From an uncultured Pseudomonadota bacterium (GTDB taxonomy: Bacteria > Myxococcota_A > Polyangia > Fen-1088): a stretch of DNA of 64,000 nt. Under the pieces are notes generated by a model. That model made no database searches, was not told the origin of the DNA, and worked only from the letters and a program-made list of their open reading frames with translations. The stretch covers positions 7,532 to 71,531 of the forward strand of contig CAVTSM010000009.1 of assembly GCA_963737345.1 (NCBI GenBank), read 5' to 3'. Positions 28,905-38,323 of the stretch are shown here, one piece after another (position 1 is the first letter of the stretch; the number at the start of each line of letters is the position of its first letter). The position numbers were made by a program, and so were the translations under genes.

Positions 28905-29878
28905 GCCTCGACGACCGGGAGTATCTGACACGGCAGCACGCCTTCCTGCGCGACGCGATTCTCCCGATCGTCCCCTTCCTCGAAGATTCGGCGGTGACGG
29001 AAATCATGTTGAACGCCGACGGGTGCGTCTGGATCGACCAAGCGGGAAGATTGGCCAAGACCGCCGTCAGGATGGACGCACCGAAGGCGCTGGCGATCCT
29101 GCGCGCGGTCGCGGGCCAGGCGGATCGGCAGCTCACGGCGCAGAACCCCTCGCTCGATGCCGAGTTGCGGCCATGGGGCGCGCGACTGAAAGCGGCGATC
29201 CCGCCGATCACGAAGGCACCCGTGTTCACCATCCGCAAGCCTCCCGCCCGCGTGTTCACGCTGGACGAGTACGTTGATGCCGGGATCCTCACGGGCGTTC
29301 AGGCCGAGATCCTTCGCGCGGCCGTGGCCACTAGGCAGAACATCCTCGTCAGCGGAGCGACAGCGTCTGGCAAGACGACTCTCGTCAACGCGCTGCTCGC
29401 GGAGATCGCCCGGAGCGACGACCGAGTCTTCATCGTCGAAGACCTTCCGGAGCTCCAGTGCGCGAGCCCGAACCGCGTTCAGTATCACGTCCAACCGCCA
29501 TTCACGACGCGGCTCGCGATCATGGACGCCCTCCGAAGCCGGCCCGATCGGATCGTGGTTGGCGAGGTGAGGGAGGGCGCCGCCGCGTTGGAGCTCATCA
29601 AGGCCTGGAACACCGGCCACCCGGGCGGTACAGGGACGCTACACGCGAACGACAACCGCCAGGCGCTGAACCGCCTCTGCCAGCTGATAGAGGAGGTGGC
29701 GCAGCGCGCGCCCCGCGAGATCATCGCGGAAACCGTGAACGTCTGCGTTCACATGCGCCGCGACCCTTTCACCCCCGGTCGCCGCCGGTTGGTGGGCCTG
29801 GATTTCGTGCGGGGCCTGGCCGTGGATGGCTCCTGGGATCTCGTGGCGCTCGAGATCCCTGGGCGGCTGAACTTCTAG
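28901..29878 (+). CDS. trbB: T4SS ATPase TrbB (VirB11 family)
   Basis: Walker A SGATASGKTT, Walker B RVFIVEDLPE, His box GHPGGTGTLHAN. Confidence 0.9.
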   Translation: MSLDDREYLTRQHAFLRDAILPIVPFLEDSAVTEIMLNADGCVWIDQAGRLAKTAVRMDAPKALAILRAVAGQADRQLTAQNPSLDAELRPWGARLKAAIPPITKAPVFTIRKPPARVFTLDEYVDAGILTGVQAEILRAAVATRQNILVSGATASGKTTLVNALLAEIARSDDRVFIVEDLPELQCASPNRVQYHVQPPFTTRLAIMDALRSRPDRIVVGEVREGAAALELIKAWNTGHPGGTGTLHANDNRQALNRLCQLIEEVAQRAPREIIAETVNVCVHMRRDPFTPGRRRLVGLDFVRGLAVDGSWDLVALEIPGRLNF

Positions 29879-30225
29879 ACGAGCCGCAACTTTACCCCCG
29901 GCCCGCCGAAGTGCCCTCATGCGGAACCTTCATGGGACCCTGGCCGGCATCCGGTGCTGGGAAGCGTCTTGGCGTCTCGGCGCCCGCGAGCTCACGGGCG
30001 CCGACGACTTTGTTCGCCGTTTGATCGTCGAGGCTGCGGGACATCTGGGTGCCCGCAGCCTGCTGCGGGACCCGCGGCAAATTTGGCGGCCGGTGTTGGG
30101 CTCCCCTGACAATCTCCCGGAACGGATGGAGACCTGATGAGCCCGTGGAGCGGCACAAGTTGTGGAATTGACAGGTGTTCTTTGTAACCGTGCCTGACTG
30201 CGTTCGATACTGTCCACTAGCGGTA

Positions 30226-30263
30226 CCCTCAATTATCCCTCACAATAGAGGGATAATTGAGGG
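30226..30263. promoter_or_regulatory. Perfect 16-bp inverted repeat (putative antitoxin operator) overlapping the RBS of the TA operon
   Basis: ccctcaattatccctc (30226-30241), 6-nt spacer, gagggataattgaggg (30248-30263). The GGGAG at 30261-30265 lies 5 nt before ATG 30271. A TTGACA hexamer sits at 30168-30173. Confidence 0.6.
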
Positions 30264-30270
30264 AGTGAAC

Positions 30271-30639
30271 ATGCGTCTCGAAGCCACCATCCCCGATAGT
30301 CGCGCCCAGGCAGTCGACCGCCTCGCGGAAGAGCTCGGTCTTTCGAAGAGTCAGGTCGTCGATGAAGCGGTCGCCATGTTCATTCAGGCCGTCTCGGCAG
30401 TCCGGGGCGGTCGGCGCCTCGTCGCCGTAGCCACCGATCCGAACAGCGGCCCGGACTGCCTGATCATGACGCCCACACTCTCAGCCCTCGAGTGGACCTC
30501 GCGGTCGGAGCCGCTGCACATCTCGGTTGAGGCGCTCGAGCGGGTGCGCGCGCTGATTGCCGAGCCGCCGGCGCCCAGCGCAGGGGCGCGCGCGGCGGCG
30601 GCCCGTTTCAAGGCGGGCTCGCGCCAGTCTGAGAAATGA
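30271..30639 (+). CDS. RHH-type antitoxin (TacA-like)
   Basis: ORF 30175-30639 with ATG 30271 after the RBS. N-terminal RHH-like MRLEATIPDSRAQAVDRLAEELGLSKSQVVDEAV. ATGA overlap with the GNAT gene. Confidence 0.7.
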   Translation: MRLEATIPDSRAQAVDRLAEELGLSKSQVVDEAVAMFIQAVSAVRGGRRLVAVATDPNSGPDCLIMTPTLSALEWTSRSEPLHISVEALERVRALIAEPPAPSAGARAAAARFKAGSRQSEK

Positions 30640-31178
30640 TCACAGCGCCAGAGACCCGCACTGTCCGGGTGACTGCCGAGGACGCGGCGAGCGGGTTTCG
30701 GTGCGGTGATGCGGCGCTCGACCAATTCTTCGCCCGCTACGCTTGCTCGAACGACGAGCGCGGGATTGGTCGGACGTACGTTTTGAGACGCTCCGGCGCC
30801 GCGGGCCAAGAGCTGCCGCGTGTCTTGGGATACTACACACTCAGCATGGCAACGATCAGCGCGCCCCTGATCGCGAAGGCGACGCTCGAAAAGCTGCCGA
30901 AGTACCCGATGCCGGCGGCGCTCATCGGCCGCCTCGCGGCAGACGAGCGTACCCGGGGCGCAGGCCTGCGCGTCGGCGAGACGCTGCTCATGGACGCCTT
31001 TGCACGGGTCCTGGCGGCGGCCGAGAACGTCGGCTGCTTCGGTGTGGTCGTCGACGCGAAGCACGAGGCGGCCGAACGCTTCTATCGCCGGTATGACTTC
31101 TCGACCGTGGACGAAACCGCGTGGCCGAGGAAGATGTTCATCGCGATGGTGACGGTGCGCGAAATGTTCGAGCCCTAA
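30636..31178 (+). CDS. GNAT-family acetyltransferase toxin (TacT/AtaT-like)
   Basis: FRCGDAALDQFF, GYYTLSM, LIGRLAADERTRGAGLRVGETLLMDA and VVDAKHEAAERFYRRYDF match the GNAT toxin pattern. Confidence 0.8.
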   Translation: MITAPETRTVRVTAEDAASGFRCGDAALDQFFARYACSNDERGIGRTYVLRRSGAAGQELPRVLGYYTLSMATISAPLIAKATLEKLPKYPMPAALIGRLAADERTRGAGLRVGETLLMDAFARVLAAAENVGCFGVVVDAKHEAAERFYRRYDFSTVDETAWPRKMFIAMVTVREMFEP

Positions 31179-31398
31179 CGGCCGGCGAAGAGAGCCAGGC
31201 CGCGGTACGGCTGAGGTTGCGACACTCGCCGCCCGGAAGGGACAGCTCATCCGTTCGCGGAATCACGTGCGCGGTGCGCGTCTTGGTGTCAAGAGATCTG
31301 GGCGCAGAAGAGTCATCGGGGAGACTTTTTCGCGTTAGCCGCCACTGGCGACGGATGTCGCCGAGTTTCTGTTTCGGTATGTCTCGCGGGAAAGTTCG

Positions 31399-32952
31399 AT
31401 GGAAGTACTGAGACCCGACACCCGGCTCGGCCCCGAGGGCCGGTTTGTCATCCGGAACCTGGTGGGCAGCGGGGGGATGGGACAGGTGTACCGGGCGCTC
31501 GATGCCGTCATGAAGCGCGAGGTCGCGATCAAGACGCTGCACAAAGACCTGGTGACCGCCGAGCCTCAGTACGCCGAGCGCTTCCTCAACGAGGCAATCG
31601 CGGCGGGCGGCATCACTCATCAGCACGTCGTCAAGATTTACGACTACGGCGTCCACGACGGCCAGCCCTACATCGTCATGGAGTACCTCCAGGGCAAGAG
31701 CCTGAGCGCCGTCCTGTTGGCGGCGCCGCTGGCGATCGAGCGGGCCGTAGATATCGTGCTGTCCGCGTGCAGCGCGGTGTACTTCTGCCACCGCCACAAG
31801 ATTTTCCACCGCGATCTGAAGCCCAGCAACATCTTCCTGGTCGACACCGAAGATCGAGACTTCGACCATGTCGTCGTCCTCGACTTCGGGGTCGCGAAGA
31901 TCGCGACCCAACCCGACTTAACCAAGGCGGGCTCGTTGATGGGGACGCCGTCATTCCTCGCCCCGGAATCGATCACGGCCAGGAACGCGGATCCTCAAAG
32001 TGACCAGTACTCGTTGGGCGTGCTGCTCTACTATGCGCTGACGCGAAAGCTGCCGTTCCGCGCAGGGTCGGACCACGAGCTCTGGCAGGCCATCCGCCAG
32101 GGCGCCTACAAGCGCCCCTCTGAGCTCCGACAGGAGATCCCGCCGGGCCTAGAAGAGGTCATTCGACAGGCGATGAACGTCGACCCGAGGGCCAGGTTCG
32201 CGAACGTCCACCTACTCGGCCGGGCGTTGCTCCCGTTCGCTTCGCCCGCGGGAAGGCGGCATTGGAGCAGGCTCTTCACCGCCGCTCCCAGACCCATCAA
32301 GGACCCCTCGCCGTCCATGGCGATGATCGCGCCGTCACTCGAGACGCAAACGACCGCTGTAGATGTCGTACGCCGCGCAGGCGACACGACGATGGGCCCG
32401 TTGGCGCTCGCCCCCGAGCGGGTCCCTGATAGCGCGGAGTCGATGTCTGTCTCGATCGAGGTGGATACGGGCGCCGTCGCGGATAGAAGGACAGGGGACG
32501 CACCGCCTCCCGAGCCACTCGATCTGCCTATCACGCCTGCGGCCCTCAAGACTGCAATCCCGACGGCTGGGAGGATCGTCAATCCGCGATCAGTGGCAAT
32601 GGCCGCCGCCCTGATCGGCATCGCTGTAGCTGGCGCTGTCGCGATGCGTTCGGCCAGCCGACCGCCTGCGCGTGCAGCTGCCGCCGTCCCGATCCGGGTG
32701 GTCGCCTCGCCTCCCGCGTCCGCGCCTTCCTCTCCGGTCGGCCCGGCGCCGACTGCGGCGAACCGAACCGTTGTCGCGGGCTCCCCGGCGAAGGCGACCG
32801 CTCCCGCCGCTCCGCCCGCTCCGTCGGCTGCTCCGGGGGACGCGGAGCATAACCCTGTCACCGCGCGTCTCCGGCACTCGGCAGACAGCAAACACCATCA
32901 CCAGCCCCGCCGCGTCCCGCGCGACGAGAACGGTTTCCCCATCATCGAATGA
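31399..32952 (+). CDS. Hanks-type Ser/Thr protein kinase with a TM segment and a Pro/Ala-rich C-terminus
   Basis: GSGGMGQVY, VAIK, HRDLKPSNIF, DFGVAK, GTPSFLAPE. Confidence 0.9.
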   Translation: MEVLRPDTRLGPEGRFVIRNLVGSGGMGQVYRALDAVMKREVAIKTLHKDLVTAEPQYAERFLNEAIAAGGITHQHVVKIYDYGVHDGQPYIVMEYLQGKSLSAVLLAAPLAIERAVDIVLSACSAVYFCHRHKIFHRDLKPSNIFLVDTEDRDFDHVVVLDFGVAKIATQPDLTKAGSLMGTPSFLAPESITARNADPQSDQYSLGVLLYYALTRKLPFRAGSDHELWQAIRQGAYKRPSELRQEIPPGLEEVIRQAMNVDPRARFANVHLLGRALLPFASPAGRRHWSRLFTAAPRPIKDPSPSMAMIAPSLETQTTAVDVVRRAGDTTMGPLALAPERVPDSAESMSVSIEVDTGAVADRRTGDAPPPEPLDLPITPAALKTAIPTAGRIVNPRSVAMAAALIGIAVAGAVAMRSASRPPARAAAAVPIRVVASPPASAPSSPVGPAPTAANRTVVAGSPAKATAPAAPPAPSAAPGDAEHNPVTARLRHSADSKHHHQPRRVPRDENGFPIIE

Positions 32953-32961
32953 GGTCGTCCC

Positions 32962-33861
32962 ATGGTTGTCGGTCGTTCCTATGCCTGGATCGCGATCTTC
33001 CTCGCTGCGGTCATCTGTTCATCCGCTCGGGCTGCTGAGTCTGAAACGGCCGACCAACTCGTCGCGAAGGGCGTGGAGCTGCGAAAGAAGGGCGATCACG
33101 CCGGTGCCCTCCGCGAGTTCCAGGCCGCGCACCAGAAAGAGCCCTCTGGTCGGACCCTTGCTCAAATGGGCATCGCCGAGGCCACGTTGCAGCACTGGGT
33201 CGACGCCGAAAACCACCTATCACAAGCACTCGAGTCGACTATGCCGTGGGTCGAGAAGAATCGCGCCACCCTGGAGCAAACCCTTCAGACAGTGCGGACC
33301 CACACGGCGGAAATCTCCATTTACGGCACGACCGGAGCTGTTGTTACGGTCGGTGACAAGATCGTGGGCCGCATCCCTCTACCGTCGAGCCCGCTCGTGA
33401 ACGAAGGCACCGTGACCATCAAGGTCGAGAGTCCCGGCCACAAGCCGTTCGTGGCGACGCTGCCCGCCAAGGGTGGCGCACAACTGATCGTGACGGCCAC
33501 TCTCGAACCGTTGCTGCCCGCGTCGCCGCCGCCCGCTCCTCCGGTCGTCCCATTGGTGTCGACGCCGAGCCGTGACGGCCGGGACACGATGCCCGCGAGT
33601 CGCCCGTGGCAGTGGTGGACGGGCATTGGTCTGGTGACAGTAGGCGTCGCGGCGATGACCTGGGGAATCGTCTGGGTCGCCGTCGACGGCAACAATACCG
33701 GCGTCAAGCCGGGCCAGGTGTTCTCGACCCGCACGCCTGGATGGTTCCTCCTGGGTGGAGGCGTCGCCGGGGCCCTCGGGGGCGGCTACCTCCTGTATTC
33801 GAGCCGCCACGGGGACGTGCAAATCGCGGCGTCGCCATCTGGGTTAATCGGACGCTTCTGA
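32962..33861 (+). CDS. PEGA-domain membrane protein with a TPR-like N-terminal region
   Basis: Signal peptide (IAIFLAAVICSSARAAE), a PEGA-like beta segment (VTVGDKIVGRIPLPSSPLVNEGTVTIKVESPGHKPF) and a C-terminal TM helix. Confidence 0.6.
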   Translation: MVVGRSYAWIAIFLAAVICSSARAAESETADQLVAKGVELRKKGDHAGALREFQAAHQKEPSGRTLAQMGIAEATLQHWVDAENHLSQALESTMPWVEKNRATLEQTLQTVRTHTAEISIYGTTGAVVTVGDKIVGRIPLPSSPLVNEGTVTIKVESPGHKPFVATLPAKGGAQLIVTATLEPLLPASPPPAPPVVPLVSTPSRDGRDTMPASRPWQWWTGIGLVTVGVAAMTWGIVWVAVDGNNTGVKPGQVFSTRTPGWFLLGGGVAGALGGGYLLYSSRHGDVQIAASPSGLIGRF

Positions 33862-33927
33862 AGCTGCCGCGATGGGACCCAGACCGCACACGCACCGGAC
33901 TCGCCAACGTGAGCCGCGACGGGGCGG

Positions 33928-34491
33928 TCAGGCCTGGGCGACGTCGAAAGGCGCGCCTCCCGGCGAATCGTCGCGACCGGACGTGCCGTCACCTACGACC
34001 GCCAGGGTCACCAGCACGGTCCGACGGCGGGCGTCTGCTTCGACCCGAACATCGATGCGCCGGGAGTCGCGCAGGTCATCAACGCCGAAGTACATCGCGC
34101 TGAAAGCTCCGTCTAGGCCGATCGCGCTGAGCTGGCTGAGATCGACAGCTGTGCGGAAGAATGGAGCCTCCTCGGGCGAGATCGCGTCGTGCGGACGCTC
34201 CCGATGCCAGACCACGGTCTCCCCATCGTCGACGAGCATCTCGCGCCCGTTCACCAACTGGAGGACCATCACACCCTCGTACAAGAATAGCGCGCAGACC
34301 CCCTCTTCGGTCAGACCATTGGCAAAGCACGCTGCGTGCCGCCAGCTCTCGAACCCGAGGTGGCGCGTGTCGATCTCCCAGTCAGGGTCGGCCATTCGCC
34401 TCCAGCGAATTCGCGCTGCGAACCGTCCCGCCGGCTGTTCTGATGGTCTGGTTTCGACGATTCGGAGGATCGGCCCGGTTGCCGTCGCCAT
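33928..34491 (-). CDS. Hypothetical protein
   Basis: 187-aa ORF divergent from the activator gene. No motif recognised; the start is uncertain (the MADPDWEI alternative). Confidence 0.35.
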   Translation of the reverse strand: MATATGPILRIVETRPSEQPAGRFAARIRWRRMADPDWEIDTRHLGFESWRHAACFANGLTEEGVCALFLYEGVMVLQLVNGREMLVDDGETVVWHRERPHDAISPEEAPFFRTAVDLSQLSAIGLDGAFSAMYFGVDDLRDSRRIDVRVEADARRRTVLVTLAVVGDGTSGRDDSPGGAPFDVAQA

Positions 34492-34557
34492 GGAAGGTAT
34501 TCGGCCCGTCGAGGCCCGCGTTGCTGCCCAGCGGTCGTTTCAACGCAGTGATCAGCG

Positions 34558-36150
34558 ATGACCGACGAAGACACCTCGACACTGGGCGGGCTCGGCGCGA
34601 TACGCGAGTCGAGCGGCCTAGCCCTGATGCCCGCCCTGACGATTCTGGTACACCCCGATATCAGGCGGGTTGGCGAGATCGCACCGCTCACGGCACTACT
34701 CGATGCGCGCCAGGCGAAAGTCGACCGAGACGAGCCGCTCTTCTTCCTGGGCGATGCCGATACGGGGCGCGGCCTCGAACACAGAGCCGTATCAAAGAAG
34801 ACGACCTCGCTGGTCGTCGTTCAGCGCCCAGACTCCGGATTTGAGCTCCGCCCGGGCGAGAGCAACTACCCACTGGAGCTCGACTCGAAGCCTTTCGACC
34901 AGCCTCGGACGTTGACGCGCGACGATTTGGATCGTGGGCTCATCATCACCATCAACGAGCGCATCGTCCTCTGCCTCAAGCTCGTCCGGTATCCCGTGGT
35001 CCGGTCGCGCGATCTTGGCCTCCTTGGCGCCAGCGACGCGATCGAGGAAGTCAGGCGAAAGATCCTCCGCGCAGCGGCGCATCCGAAAACGCCTGTCTTG
35101 CTCCGCGGCGAGACCGGCGTCGGCAAGGAACCGACGGCGCGGGCGATCCATGCCGAGAGCGCGCGGGCCGAACACCCCTTTGTCGCTCTCAACATGGCGC
35201 GGCTCTCCGGGACGCTCGCTGACGGAGATCTGTTCGGTCACGCCCGCGGAGCCTTCACCGACGCCAAAGGCAGCCGAGCCGGCGCGTTCCTCGAGGCCGA
35301 TGGCGGAACGCTGTTCTTGGACGAAATCGGCGAGGCTTCGGCGGAAGTGCAGGCCAAGCTGCTTCGAGCGCTCGAGGACAATTCCATCGTGCCTGTGGGC
35401 GCCGATAGACCCCGGCCGGTCGATGTGCGCGTCATCGCGGCGACGGACAAGGATCTCGAGGAGGCGGTGCGCCAGAAGACGTTCGACGACGCGCTCTACT
35501 TTCGCCTTCACGTCTACCCGATCGACATTCCCCCGTTGCGCGCGCGCCGCGGCGATACGGGCGTGCTTTTCTTCGCCGGGGTCCGGCAGCGTCTCGCGGC
35601 GGTCGGAGCCGCGGCGCGCCTGGACGAGCATCCGGGCCGCCCGGCCTGGATCCCTGCGCGAGCCGTTGCCCGTCTGGCGCTCGCACCCTGGCCGGGAAAC
35701 ATCCGCGAGCTCCTTGCCGTCGCCGAGCGACTCGTCGTCGAGAGCACCGATCATCCCGATCTGGATGTGGACGAGTTCATCCGCAACGAGTTGGCGCGAT
35801 CAGCGCGACTGGCGCAGGATCCGAAGACCGAGGACGCGCCGTTTGTGGACCACCCGCGCGCGCCGGGCGTCCCTAAGCGCGGGACCATCACCCTGCAGCA
35901 GCTGCTCGAAGCCCTGGCGCGTGCCCGGTGGAACAAGAGCGAGGCCGCGCGTGCATTCGGCATGAGCCGGCCGACGTTCTACAGGCTGATCGAGGAGAAC
36001 CACCCGGCCGTCCACCAGGTCCTCGAGATCCCCTACGACGACATCGTCCGCGACTACACAGCCTGCGGCCGAGACGTGCAATCGCTCGCGACCAAGCTCG
36101 GCATCCCCGCCGAGGTCTTGCTCACCCGTCTAAGGCGCCCGCGCGGGTAG
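34558..36150 (+). CDS. Sigma-54-type AAA+ transcriptional activator (FHA-like N-terminus, Fis-type HTH)
   Basis: Walker A GETGVGKE, GAFTDA in place of GAFTGA, GGTLFLDEIG, RVIAATDKDL, and a C-terminal HTH (NKSEAARAFGMSRPTFYRLIEE). Confidence 0.85.
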   Translation: MTDEDTSTLGGLGAIRESSGLALMPALTILVHPDIRRVGEIAPLTALLDARQAKVDRDEPLFFLGDADTGRGLEHRAVSKKTTSLVVVQRPDSGFELRPGESNYPLELDSKPFDQPRTLTRDDLDRGLIITINERIVLCLKLVRYPVVRSRDLGLLGASDAIEEVRRKILRAAAHPKTPVLLRGETGVGKEPTARAIHAESARAEHPFVALNMARLSGTLADGDLFGHARGAFTDAKGSRAGAFLEADGGTLFLDEIGEASAEVQAKLLRALEDNSIVPVGADRPRPVDVRVIAATDKDLEEAVRQKTFDDALYFRLHVYPIDIPPLRARRGDTGVLFFAGVRQRLAAVGAAARLDEHPGRPAWIPARAVARLALAPWPGNIRELLAVAERLVVESTDHPDLDVDEFIRNELARSARLAQDPKTEDAPFVDHPRAPGVPKRGTITLQQLLEALARARWNKSEAARAFGMSRPTFYRLIEENHPAVHQVLEIPYDDIVRDYTACGRDVQSLATKLGIPAEVLLTRLRRPRG

Positions 36151-36315
36151 GCGCCCCCACCGTAAAGGCCCTCGCCCCTTACAGGCGGGCTTTACGGCCC
36201 CTTTACAGGACCGCACGCGCATCGCGCGCGTTTCTCGCGGAAGTCGCGCGCTCCGTGGCTGGCATCGCGCTTGCCATAGGTCCTTCCGTCCCACCCACGG
36301 AAGGAAGAAACCACG

Positions 36316-36975
36316 ATGCACGCTCAGACCACCGTCGCTGTGAAAGACACGTTCGAGAACACCGCGCGAGCGCCCTCTCGAGACGACTTGATTCGCTCGC
36401 ATCTCCCCCTCGTCCGGTCCATCGCCGCCCAGTTGATTCGTTCTGCTCCCCCGCCGCTGACGTTCGACGATCTCGTCGCATACGGACGCGTCGGCCTGGT
36501 CACCGCCGCCGGTCGGTTTGATCCGGCACGCGGGCCAAGCTTCGCGGACTACGCGGCGCCGCGCATTCGCGGCGCGATGTGGGACGGCTTTCGCAAGGAA
36601 GGACCGTTCGGCGACTGCCGGGAGCGCAAGCGCCTCCCTAAGCTGGAACGCGTTCGCGTCGAGGACGACGAGGAGCTCGGACGCTTGATGCTGGGCGACA
36701 AGTTCAGTTGCCCGCAGGACGACTGGGCGGAGCGCACGGACTACCGCCGGCTCGTCGCGCAACTGTCCGACGCCGTTGACCGGCTACCACCCCATCTGCG
36801 CGCGTTCACACTCGCGCACTTCTACCGCGACGTTTCTCTCCACGATCTCGGACGCCAGCTCGGGGTGTCTAAGTATGCGGTTCAGCGCCTTCGCAACACC
36901 GCCGTGCGGGAAATCAGCTCGCTGTTGGTCACCCGTCAGCGCGACGTTCCCAAGGTGGCGGGAGGCCTTCAGTGA
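36316..36975 (+). CDS. Sigma-70 family sigma factor (FliA/group-3-like)
   Basis: Region 2: DLVAYGRVGLVTAAGRFDPARGPSFADYAAPRIRGAMWD. Region 4: VSLHDLGRQLGVSKYAVQRLRNTAVREI. Confidence 0.8.
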   Translation: MHAQTTVAVKDTFENTARAPSRDDLIRSHLPLVRSIAAQLIRSAPPPLTFDDLVAYGRVGLVTAAGRFDPARGPSFADYAAPRIRGAMWDGFRKEGPFGDCRERKRLPKLERVRVEDDEELGRLMLGDKFSCPQDDWAERTDYRRLVAQLSDAVDRLPPHLRAFTLAHFYRDVSLHDLGRQLGVSKYAVQRLRNTAVREISSLLVTRQRDVPKVAGGLQ

Positions 36976-37206
36976 GCCGCTGCTTCTGTAGGGCGCTCGC
37001 GGAGCTGTCCGTGCTGTCGGATGACCCGCGCGAGGAGACGCGCCTGCGGCGGACGATATTCGGCATCGAAATTCAGCACTGGCGGCTCGCGAGCACGATT
37101 GTCATCCCGGAGGGGGGAGGCCCGGGCTGCAACTCAGAAGGCATCGCGGGGGCGATCCCGCGCGTCGCCCGACTCGACGAGTCGACGGTTGAGAACCTCG
37201 CGACGG

Positions 37207-37682
37207 ATGCCCGCCGTGGGTAACGCAGCGACGGGGGAGCGGGAGCCTTCGCGCGCGGCGGCCGAGGCGGACCGGGAAGGGCTGACGATCGAGCTTGGGA
37301 CTTCGGAGGTCGAAATCGAGGCCATGTCGTCCAGCACGATCGCCGACGAGGTCGGTCCGACGGTCGTCGCCATCCCAATCAGGAACCAGCTGGCGGCGGC
37401 ACGCATCGCTCACGCGCTCTCGAACGCCCGAGAAGCGCAAGCGCTCATCGACGAGGCCCTCGAGCTCGCCGCAACAGTCCGGGGCCTGCATGCTGGAGAC
37501 GTATCAGCTCGGCGCCGCGCGCGGAGCCCTGGGCAACACAATCGATCTGGCTCGCGCGACACGCGACAGCGGCGTCGGGCGGGGGAAGCGACGGTTCCGC
37601 GCTCGCCGCCGACCTCAAAAGGGACCCCGCCTACGAGGAGATCGACATCTGGCTCTCCTTCGGAATTCCCGTCACGTCCTGA
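37207..37682 (+). pseudogene. Frameshifted hypothetical gene
   Basis: Protein-like stretches sit in three different frames: ...IADEVGPTVVAIPIRNQLAAARIAHALSNAREAQALIDEALELAATVRGL, then MLETYQLGAARGALGNTIDLARATRD, then SDGSALAADLKRDPAYEEIDIWLSFGIPVTS stop. Low certainty. Confidence 0.3.
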
Positions 37683-37693
37683 CCATCCACCTC

Positions 37694-38323
37694 ATGAACC
37701 GGGAGCAGTCACCATGGAATCGAGTTCCCACCACCTTCTCCGATGCCATCCGCGCGCTGCGCTATCAGATCGCCGATCTGCTGGCCAACATCGAAGCCGA
37801 GAATCACGGCCTCGACGCTCGCACCGCCACTCTCGCGCTTCTTGATACCGCTTATGGCGCGGCGCTCACCTTTTGCGCCACTCCCGATCGCGCTCGTCAC
37901 CATGTCGGCGATGCGATCGACAGCATCCACGCTGGTGCCCTCGCTCGAGGGGCGCGAAAGACTGCCGCCGAGGCGGTGAGCTCGGCGACCCGCCGCGACG
38001 CCTGGACTCGGCCAGCTGCGCCCCCGAGTGGACGGCCGTTCTTGGCCGTTACGGTCGCCGTCCTCTCGTGGCTGACAATCGCCTTCCTGGCTCACCGCGG
38101 CCCGGTGTCTCCCTGGAACTTGCTCGGGCCGGTGTTCTGCACCGCGCTGGCGGTAATGAGCGCGTACCGGTTCGTGGTGTCGGGCGGCTACATCCGCCCT
38201 GGTCTTGCTCTCTCGCGCGTGGTCAGCGCTTGCGAGCCCTTTAGCCGCAGCCCGCAACAAACGCGCCCGCCGCCCGAGTCACCTTCAAGCACGTCGACAA
38301 CACCCTCGCAAGGAACACACTGA
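37694..38323 (+). CDS. Hypothetical membrane protein
   Basis: ATG 37694 within ORF 37295-38323. Two hydrophobic segments (FLAVTVAVLSWLTIAFLA, LLGPVFCTALAVMSAYRFVV). Its stop overlaps the next ATG (TGATG). Confidence 0.4.
   Translation: MNREQSPWNRVPTTFSDAIRALRYQIADLLANIEAENHGLDARTATLALLDTAYGAALTFCATPDRARHHVGDAIDSIHAGALARGARKTAAEAVSSATRRDAWTRPAAPPSGRPFLAVTVAVLSWLTIAFLAHRGPVSPWNLLGPVFCTALAVMSAYRFVVSGGYIRPGLALSRVVSACEPFSRSPQQTRPPPESPSSTSTTPSQGTH

Noticed and set aside
30031-30061. Perfect 10-bp stem hairpin (aggctgcggg, 11-nt loop, cccgcagcct) about 150 bp after trbB, considered as a terminator
   Set aside because: No U-tract follows, and related ctgcggg/cccgcag strings nearby allow alternative pairings. 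It could equally be a junction scar, so I did not call it as a feature.
34792-35754. 320-aa minus-strand ORF opposite the sigma-54-type activator gene
   Set aside because: Shadow ORF; the AAA+ motifs are on the plus strand.
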